DNA of 12,453 bases from a virus (Duplodnaviria; Heunggongvirae; Uroviricota; Caudoviricetes), in IMG/VR virus record IMGVR_UViG_2526164669_000031; one strand, written 5' to 3'. The notes beneath the pieces are model-generated. The model did not search any database and was not told the DNA's origin. It saw only the letters and a program-made list of their open reading frames with translations. A program made the position numbers and the translations under genes. This document shows positions 6,806 through 12,453 of the stretch, piece after piece. How positions within the stretch are numbered: position 1 is the stretch's first letter; each line of letters begins with the position of its first letter.

Positions 6806-7253
6806 TTTTCCCCAGCCCGGTGAGATTTACCGTTCTGCCGGTTTTCCCGATGTGGCCGTGGTCGGCATTCTGGAAGACGGTATTCCGTGGGAAATGCCGT
6901 ACCGCTGCCCGGACATTGTCTGGAACCCGTACCGCCGTAAATTCAGTATCCTTGTGCGTATCCTCGATGACGGGCGCACCACAGACATCCCGCTGGGGCG
7001 TTTTCTGCGGGAATTTACCTGTGACCGTCCTGACCTGTTTAAACGCAGCCCCGTAAACCGGCATGCGGTACTGAAAGAAATGGCCGGAGACCCGGAATTA
7101 CAGAAATGGCGGGAGAAATATCTGGATATTTACCCGCAGGACCCTGTTCCGGTCAGCCGGGCGGCACCGGTGGCGCGGGAATGGCGGGAAATTCCCCGCA
7201 CGGAGCCTGACCCGGAAATCACCCCGGATAACAGTTACCGCAATTATCTGTAA
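6798..7253 (+). CDS. Hypothetical protein, P4 orf151-like
   Basis: 151 aa, SD GGGGAGA upstream, translationally coupled to the upstream gene, and at the position of orf151 in the P4 left operon. Confidence 0.7.
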   Translation: MFDFPQPGEIYRSAGFPDVAVVGILEDGIPWEMPYRCPDIVWNPYRRKFSILVRILDDGRTTDIPLGRFLREFTCDRPDLFKRSPVNRHAVLKEMAGDPELQKWREKYLDIYPQDPVPVSRAAPVAREWREIPRTEPDPEITPDNSYRNYL

Positions 7254-7388
7254 TTAAAAAACGACACCCGAAAAATTAAATGTGCGTATTCGCGCAGGGA
7301 TACGCACGTCTTCAGGAGACGCAGATATGCCTTATCAGTTAATGCAACCGGCACGGAATGCAGTCATCTGTCACAGGGAGGAAAACAA

Positions 7389-7709
7389 ATGAAAACACCC
7401 TTACCGCCCGTCTTACGCGCTGCCCTTTACCGTCGCGCTGTCGCCTGTGCCTGGCTGACCGTGTGCGAACGTCAGCACCGCTACCCGCATCTCACCCTTG
7501 AGTCACTGGAGGCGGCCATCGCCGCTGAGCTGGAAGGCTTTTATCTGCGCCAGCACGGTGAGGAAAAAGGGCGTCAGATAGCCTGTGCCCTGCTGGAAGA
7601 TTTAATGGAATCCGGCCCCCTGAAGGCCGCGCCGTCGCTGTCCTTTCTCGGGCTGGTTGTGATGGATGAACTCTGTGCCCGTCACATAAAAGCGCCGGTA
7701 CTGCACTGA
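7389..7709 (+). CDS. Hypothetical protein, 106 aa (P4 orf106-like)
   Basis: ATG at 7389 with GGGAGG SD (7375-7380). Ends 15 nt before the alpha gene. Confidence 0.65.
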
Positions 7710-7723
7710 AGGAGAACAACACC

Positions 7724-10057
7724 ATGAAAATGAACGTAACTGCCACCGTCAGCCATGCGCTCGGCCACTGGCCGCGTATTCTCCCGTCGCTGGGGATTCA
7801 GGTGCTGAAGAACCGTCATCAGCCCTGTCCGGTCTGTGGCGGAAGTGACCGCTTCCGTTTTGATGACAGGGAGGGGCGCGGCACCTGGTACTGCAATCAG
7901 TGTGGTGCCGGTGACGGCCTGAAACTGGTTGAAAAGGTGTTTGGTGTTTCCCCGTCCGACGCGGCCGCAAAGGTGGCTGCCGTGACCGGCTGCCTGCCCC
8001 CGGCTGACCCGGCAGTGACGGCCGCCGCCGGTGCTGAAACAGAAGCCGCCCGGAAGAACGCCGCCGCACTGGCACAAACCCTGATGGCGAAAACCCGTCC
8101 CGGAACCGGTAACGCCTACCTGACCCGCAAGGGCTTTCCCGGCCGGGAATGCCGGATGCTGACCGGCACACACAGAGCCGGTGGCGTGAGCTGGCGCGCC
8201 GGTGACCTTGTGGTGCCACTGTATGACGACAGCGGCGAACTGGTTAACCTTCAGTTAATCAGTGCTGACGGCCGTAAGCGCACCCTGAAAGGCGGACAGG
8301 TCAGGGGCACCTGTCACACCCTTGAAGGACAGAATCAGGCCGGAAAACGTCTGTGGATAGCGGAGGGATATGCGACCGCACTTACCGTACATCACCTGAC
8401 CGGGGAAACGGTGATGGTGGCGCTTTCTTCCGTGAACCTCCTTTCTCTGGCCAGCCTTGCCCGGCAGAAGCACCCCGCCTGTCAGATTGTCCTTGCTGCT
8501 GACCGTGACCTCAGCGGTGACGGCCAGAAAAAAGCCGCCGCAGCCGCAGATGCGTGTGAAGGTGTTGTTGCCCTGCCACCGGTCTTCGGTGACTGGAATG
8601 ATGCCTTCACGCAGTACGGCGGGGAGGCCACCCGTAAGGCCATTTATGATGCCATCCGGCCACCGGCTGAAAGCCCGTTCGACACCATGAGCGAAGCGGA
8701 GTTTTCCGCCATGAGTACCAGCGAAAAGGCCATGCGTATCTATGAGCATTACGGCGAGGCGCTCGCGGTCGATGCCAACGGCCAGCTTCTGTCCCGCTAT
8801 GAAAATGGTGTCTGGAAGGTGCTGCCGCCACAGGACTTTGCCCGGGATGTGGCCGGGCTGTTTCAGCGGCTGCGTGCGCCGTTCTCCTCCGGGAAGGTGG
8901 CCTCCGTGGTGGACACCCTGAAGCTGATTATTCCGCAACAGGAAGCCCCCTCCCGCCGCCTGATTGGCTTTCGTAACGGCGTGCTCGACACGCAGAACGG
9001 TACGTTCCACCCGCACAGTCCGTCACACTGGATGCGCACCCTGTGCGATGTGGATTTCACCCCGCCGGTGGAAGGGGAAACGCTGGAAACCCACGCCCCC
9101 GCGTTCTGGCGCTGGCTTGACCGTGCTGCCGGTGGTCGTGCGGAAAAACGCGACGTGATTCTGGCCGCACTGTTTATGGTGCTGGCAAACCGCTACGACT
9201 GGCAGCTCTTTCTGGAGGTGACCGGTCCCGGCGGCAGCGGCAAAAGTATCATGGCCGAAATAGCCACCCTGCTGGCCGGGGAGGATAACGCCACGTCGGC
9301 CACCATCGAGACGCTGGAATCCCCGCGTGAACGTGCCGCGTTAACTGGCTTCTCACTGATACGCCTGCCGGACCAGGAAAAATGGAGCGGCGACGGTGCC
9401 GGACTCAAGGCCATCACCGGCGGCGATGCGGTGTCCGTTGACCCGAAATACCGGGATGCGTACTCCACGCACATCCCGGCGGTGATTCTGGCCGTGAACA
9501 ATAACCCGATGCGCTTCACCGACCGCAGCGGCGGCGTGTCACGCCGGCGGGTGATTATTCACTTCCCGGAACAGATAGCCCCGCAGGAGCGCGACCCGCA
9601 GCTTAAGGACAAAATCACCCGCGAGCTGGCGGTCATCGTGCGTCACCTGATGCAGAAATTCAGCGACCCGATGCTCGCCCGGTCACTGCTTCAGTCCCAG
9701 CAGAACTCAGACGAGGCACGGAACATCAAACGGGATGCCGACCCGACGTTTGATTTTATCGGCTATCTGGAAACCCTGCCGCAGACCAGCGGCATGTATA
9801 TGGGGAACGCCAGTATCATCCCGCGTAATTACCGTAAATACCTCTATCACGCCTATCTGGCCTACATGGAGGCAAACGGCTACCGGAATGTACTCAGTCT
9901 GAAAATGTTCGGGCTGGGGCTGCCGGTGATGCTGAAGGAATACGGACTGAATTACGAGAAGCGCCATACCAAACAGGGGATACAGACCAACCTGACGCTG
10001 AAAGAGGAAAGCTACGGCGACTGGCTGCCAAAATGTGACGACCCTGCAACAACCTGA
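7724..10057 (+). CDS. alpha: Alpha protein: primase-helicase with origin-binding domain
   Basis: 777 aa, the recalled length of P4 alpha. N-terminal zinc-binding primase motif (CPVCGGSDRFRFDDREGRGTWYCNQCGAG), a TOPRIM-like segment (IAEGYATAL...VLAADRD) and a Walker A motif (GPGGSGKS, nt about 9226-9249). SD GAAGGAGA at 7708-7715. Confidence 0.95.
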   Translation: MKMNVTATVSHALGHWPRILPSLGIQVLKNRHQPCPVCGGSDRFRFDDREGRGTWYCNQCGAGDGLKLVEKVFGVSPSDAAAKVAAVTGCLPPADPAVTAAAGAETEAARKNAAALAQTLMAKTRPGTGNAYLTRKGFPGRECRMLTGTHRAGGVSWRAGDLVVPLYDDSGELVNLQLISADGRKRTLKGGQVRGTCHTLEGQNQAGKRLWIAEGYATALTVHHLTGETVMVALSSVNLLSLASLARQKHPACQIVLAADRDLSGDGQKKAAAAADACEGVVALPPVFGDWNDAFTQYGGEATRKAIYDAIRPPAESPFDTMSEAEFSAMSTSEKAMRIYEHYGEALAVDANGQLLSRYENGVWKVLPPQDFARDVAGLFQRLRAPFSSGKVASVVDTLKLIIPQQEAPSRRLIGFRNGVLDTQNGTFHPHSPSHWMRTLCDVDFTPPVEGETLETHAPAFWRWLDRAAGGRAEKRDVILAALFMVLANRYDWQLFLEVTGPGGSGKSIMAEIATLLAGEDNATSATIETLESPRERAALTGFSLIRLPDQEKWSGDGAGLKAITGGDAVSVDPKYRDAYSTHIPAVILAVNNNPMRFTDRSGGVSRRRVIIHFPEQIAPQERDPQLKDKITRELAVIVRHLMQKFSDPMLARSLLQSQQNSDEARNIKRDADPTFDFIGYLETLPQTSGMYMGNASIIPRNYRKYLYHAYLAYMEANGYRNVLSLKMFGLGLPVMLKEYGLNYEKRHTKQGIQTNLTLKEESYGDWLPKCDDPATT

Positions 10058-10064
10058 CCCACCT

Positions 10065-10088
10065 GACCGGCATCTGCCGGTCTTTTTT
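10065..10088 (+). terminator. Rho-independent terminator of the alpha operon
   Basis: GACCGG-CATCTG-CCGGTC hairpin (10065-10082) followed by TTTTTT (10083-10088), 8 nt after the alpha stop. Confidence 0.7.
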
Positions 10089-10104
10089 ATCCCTGAATTC
10101 CCCG

Positions 10105-10406
10105 CAGGTGAACAATCCACTGTTCACCCTTCACCGTATATTCACCCGTTATCACACTGAAATTAAAAGAGAAAAATGAAAGGTGAACAGTGTGAACAAT
10201 CAAATCAAAAAAAACTTTTTTTCTCCCTGTGTGATTTTCAGTGCAGGGGACTAATCGCCGGTATGAGTCACACCGGCAGAATGCCGGAGGTGAAGAATCG
10301 AATGTTCACCCTTCACCCATTATTCACCACCTATCACTCTGAAATAAAAGGAGAAAACAGAAAGGTGAACAGTGTGAACAGTTCTTTCGAAAAAAAATTT
10401 TTTATG
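10105..10406. repeat. crr-like cis replication region: two direct repeats of about 120 bp, each carrying TGTTCACC-type iterons and ending in an A/T tract
   Basis: Repeat 1 is about 10105-10228 and repeat 2 about 10287-10406. They share GGTGAA..ATGTTCACCCTTCACC...GAAAGGTGAACAGTGTGAACA and a terminal A(7-8)T(6-8) tract. Iterons at 10107, 10121, 10182, 10303 and 10364, with TGTGAACA variants at 10191 and 10373. Confidence 0.75.
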
Positions 10407-10424
10407 TGGATAAAAGATGCACTG

Positions 10425-10451
10425 GTTTGGATCCGAGCTACGGATCCAAAC
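10425..10451. repeat. Perfect palindrome GTTTGGATCCG-AGCTA-CGGATCCAAAC (11-bp arms)
   Basis: Arms at 10425-10435 and 10441-10451 are exact reverse complements. No adjacent U-run. Located between crr and the attR-like sequence. Confidence 0.5.
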
Positions 10452-10594
10452 TTACTGATTAAAAATGATTTAACTTTCCGATTTATTGATGGGCTGAAAA
10501 TAGATTGGTCAGAAAAACAGTGGGGGCACAAAAGGGGGCATATTTCATTGTTGTGTTTTATTATTTGTTTTTTTATCATTAACTTATTTTGATG

Positions 10595-10634
10595 TTTGAG
10601 TCCGGCCTTCGCACCTTCGCACCTTCGCACCATC
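10595..10634 (+). other. attR-like remnant of a tRNA 3' end (T-arm and acceptor end) with a triplicated CCTTCGCAC 9-mer
   Basis: TTTGAGTCCGGCCTTCGCACC...CACCA resembles the T-arm and acceptor end of tRNA-Leu (leuX; recalled 3' end ...GTTCGAGTCCGGCCTTCGGCACCA), the known P4 target. CCTTCGCAC occurs three times in tandem (10606-10632). The sequence is in the same orientation as int. Confidence 0.55.
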
Positions 10635-10647
10635 GGAACATCAATAG

Positions 10648-10667
10648 ACGTCAACGGACGTTTTTTT
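10648..10667 (+). terminator. Small hairpin plus T7 run directly after the tRNA-like fragment (possible native tRNA terminator)
   Basis: ACGTC-AACG-GACGT (10648-10661) followed by TTTTTTT. The stem is only 5 bp. Confidence 0.35.
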
Positions 10668-10833
10668 ATGACTGAAATCCGCGCCACACAAGGCTTTTCG
10701 CTATTTTTCGCTCAACCTAAGTCAACCTACATCAACTTACTGATGTGGATACAGCTACAGCTGCGGCTATATCCCGATTCGATAATGTTTGTACCCACAC
10801 AAAACCCTTGAAAGGCTACAAGGCTGAAATTCT

Positions 10834-11019
10834 CTAAACCATAGAGATGATTTTTATGATCCAGTCTTTCTCTTGTTGAGATAGTTCCAGTTTGCTCACT
10901 CGTGTTAAGAAGGTATTGATCACCTGAACATCCGAATTGGTGAGCCTATTTAATAGAGTGGGTGGTATACCTTTACTAACTATTGCTTTGCGGTGACTTT
11001 CGTAGTTTTTATTACTCAT
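10834..11019 (-). CDS. Short ORF (61 aa) in the AT-rich chromosomal flank; possible gene fragment
   Basis: ORF only. It is in a different frame from the adjacent 77-aa ORF, so the pair may be a decayed gene. No recognisable motif. Confidence 0.2.
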   Translation of the reverse strand: MSNKNYESHRKAIVSKGIPPTLLNRLTNSDVQVINTFLTRVSKLELSQQEKDWIIKIISMV

Positions 11020-11084
11020 TGGTGATCCTCAAATATCATTGTATGGCGGCATTGATCGTTTCCAGCAACCTTTACTTACTCACT

Positions 11085-11318
11085 TCAAACTGCATCCTCG
11101 TAGACTGTTCCACTACAATAATCGAAAAGGCGTGGATGTCCATTCAGGTATCCCGCTAATACGTATAGCAATAACAATGGCTTATGCGGCGCGCGCTGTT
11201 CACCCTTGTGCCAGATTTTTATATTGGCAATTGCCTGCTGTAGCGATTTACTGGAAGCCATTGATATCCCTGGCAGTGAAATAATTGCGATCATGCTCGC
11301 AAATTTTCGGCTGTTCAA
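11085..11318 (-). CDS. Short ORF (77 aa) in the chromosomal flank; possible gene fragment or pseudogene
   Basis: ORF only. It sits downstream of and on the same strand as the nanS-like gene, in an AT-rich stretch. Confidence 0.25.
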   Translation of the reverse strand: MNSRKFASMIAIISLPGISMASSKSLQQAIANIKIWHKGEQRAPHKPLLLLYVLAGYLNGHPRLFDYCSGTVYEDAV

Positions 11319-11472
11319 GCCTGCAAGTGAAGATATATTACTTTGATCTCATTTGTTTTTTTGCTGCCTGTGTACCCTAATTGCCATGCGATGCTGCACC
11401 GACGCTAACCACCGTTTACGCCGGAGGAGTTAAAAGCGTTGATGGATGCGAATAAATCAAATTAATGAACGC

Positions 11473-12453
11473 TCACTTTTCGCCCCAAAACTGCAAAATT
11501 GCTTCTACAAACCTGTCAGAAATAATCCCCCGACGGGCTGCCGCGCTGAAATGACTGCTTCGCAGTGCCGTCGTCCAGTTCTCCGGTGACCGGTACGCTG
11601 AACCGTAATATCCCGTGCTTAAATCGTCCGGGTCTTCATCAGGCGCGTTCGTCAGTCCTCTTTCACCTTGTTGCTGGAAGTCGACGAAAATAATATTGGC
11701 TAAAACATTATTTTGATAATTGCCATAAATAACTTCATACGCATGAGGGAAATTTTCTTTCCAGTACCAGGTGGTATCGCCGCAAAACCACGGCGCGTCA
11801 GTAATATTATTAAGCTGAGAATGGTATTGTTTTAGATCCCTACGAAAGGCTTCAATCATATGATTAAAGTGTTGAGGGTGTGACGCGTAGTCACTGGTCA
11901 TTAAGTCAAATTCGCCTTGCATCCAGCATACGCCGAGGAATTTGTTCTGCGGATTTTTTGCCAGTGCGGCTCGCGTTCTGCTGACTAAATCCTGGTACAG
12001 CGGAGTATCCGTTCCCCAACGACAAGCATCATGGCTGGCTCCGTGCCGTTCTGAATATGTCCCTTCGCTGCCCGCGGTAAAAGCCGATCCGCCACGGCAA
12101 CATGGAACGATGAGAACCCCTGCATTATCAGGAATAAAGGGTAGTAATTTCCGTGCAATATGCAGTGCCTGGCCAACGGTGCCGTACTGTGTTTGATGAT
12201 TCGTTGCCAGAGGATGGTGATAACCCTGCATATCCTGAACATCGTGTGGGCAGTGAGTCAGTGGAATAATGTCGTTAAAGTGACATGACGGGCCTCCGGG
12301 ATGCGTATGCGCAAATCTCGCTAATTGTTTAATTCTGGGATGAGGCGCATCTTCCCTGTCCGGTAATGGCAGTCCTTCGCCATACGCCATGGCATTAGAC
12401 TGACCAGCAACGGTAAGAACATAGTAATAATCGGGCGATATTATTGCGTTCAT
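11473..12453 (-). CDS. nanS: Sialate O-acetylesterase (SGNH/SASA-family), NanS-like; the start codon is at the window edge
   Basis: 326 aa. An N-terminal GQSN(A)MAYGEG motif is characteristic of SGNH/SASA esterases. Length and sequence are consistent with E. coli NanS (YjhS) as I recall it. ATG at 12453..12451. Confidence 0.7.
   Translation of the reverse strand: MNAIISPDYYYVLTVAGQSNAMAYGEGLPLPDREDAPHPRIKQLARFAHTHPGGPSCHFNDIIPLTHCPHDVQDMQGYHHPLATNHQTQYGTVGQALHIARKLLPFIPDNAGVLIVPCCRGGSAFTAGSEGTYSERHGASHDACRWGTDTPLYQDLVSRTRAALAKNPQNKFLGVCWMQGEFDLMTSDYASHPQHFNHMIEAFRRDLKQYHSQLNNITDAPWFCGDTTWYWKENFPHAYEVIYGNYQNNVLANIIFVDFQQQGERGLTNAPDEDPDDLSTGYYGSAYRSPENWTTALRSSHFSAAARRGIISDRFVEAILQFWGEK

Larger units (their letters stand above)
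1..10634 (+). mobile_element. P4-family satellite prophage, from the integrase gene to an attR-like tRNA 3'-end fragment; the tRNA gene and attL lie upstream of the window
   Basis: Gene order and ORF lengths match the P4 layout as I recall it: int, cos, psu(190)/delta(166)/sid(244), vis(88), epsilon(95), orf151, orf106, alpha(777), crr. TGTTCACC iterons occur in two clusters about 4.8 kb apart. A P2/P4 cohesive-end 19-mer is present. A tRNA-like 3' end sits at 10595-10634. Confidence 0.85.

Noticed and set aside
6693-7064. ORFs 6693..7064 (-) and 6751..7056 (+) overlapping the 151-aa gene
   Set aside because: They are alternative-frame or antisense overlaps of a coupled, SD-supported CDS.
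7492-9519. Antisense and alternative-frame ORFs within alpha (e.g. 7682..8173, 7749..8219, 8255..9016, 8457..8690, 8607..8831, 8863..9060, 8964..9158, 9193..9519, 9707..10120, 9894..10127)
   Set aside because: Typical spurious ORFs on the opposite strand of a long GC-rich gene. They are Arg/Pro/Gly-rich, lack SDs and overlap a strongly supported CDS.
5290-10406. Short repeated octamers (TGTTCACC) that could be mistaken for a CRISPR array or a mobile-element terminal repeat
   Set aside because: The repeats are 8 bp with irregular spacing and mixed orientation, there are no 25-40-bp repeat/spacer units, and they occur in two clusters flanking the alpha gene. This is the pattern of replication iterons, not CRISPR or IS ends.
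10176-10687. Track ORFs 10176..10592 (+, 138 aa) and 10334..10687 (-, 117 aa)
   Set aside because: They read straight through the crr direct repeats and A/T tracts, the internal peptide repeats just mirror the DNA repeats, and they have no SD and low-complexity composition.
11942-12242. ORFs 11942..12196 (+) and 11985..12242 (-) inside the nanS-like gene
   Set aside because: They are antisense or out-of-frame overlaps within a well-supported 326-aa CDS.
1-12453. Presence of a tRNA gene, IS element or integron within the window
   Set aside because: There is no complete tRNA cloverleaf; only a 3' fragment at 10595-10634, with the intact tRNA presumably upstream of position 1. I see no transposase-like ORF and no long terminal inverted repeats.

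Overview
The window is almost entirely a P4-family satellite prophage (about 10.6 kb) in prophage orientation, followed by about 1.8 kb of chromosomal flank ending at the start codon of a nanS-like sialate O-acetylesterase gene on the minus strand. The integrase gene starts at position 1, so the target tRNA and attL lie just outside the window. Order along the window: P4-type integrase (1-1260); a visibly AT-rich two-gene cargo cassette on the minus strand (1315-2825: a 308-aa soluble protein translationally coupled to a 194-aa four-helix membrane protein); a P2/P4-type cos site (3060-3078); psu-delta-sid on the minus strand (3243-5120); a divergent late-promoter region with TGT-N12-ACA activator sites and a cluster of six TGTTCACC iterons (ori-like, 5290-5393); an AlpA/Vis-family gene (5672-5938); a structured immunity-like region (about 5935-6330); an epsilon-like gene, two small ORFs of 151 and 106 aa, and the alpha primase-helicase (7724-10057); an intrinsic terminator; a crr-like pair of about 120-bp direct repeats with the same iterons (10105-10406); and a degenerate tRNA 3'-end fragment carrying a triplicated 9-mer (attR-like, 10595-10634). 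The main candidate for an undescribed system is the cargo cassette, which sits where P4-family satellites are known to carry variable anti-phage systems. I could not match either protein to a known family by eye; the architecture (soluble protein plus small 4-TM protein) resembles abortive-infection modules such as RexA/RexB. All family assignments are from reading the translations and from recalled P4 biology; no database search was run.
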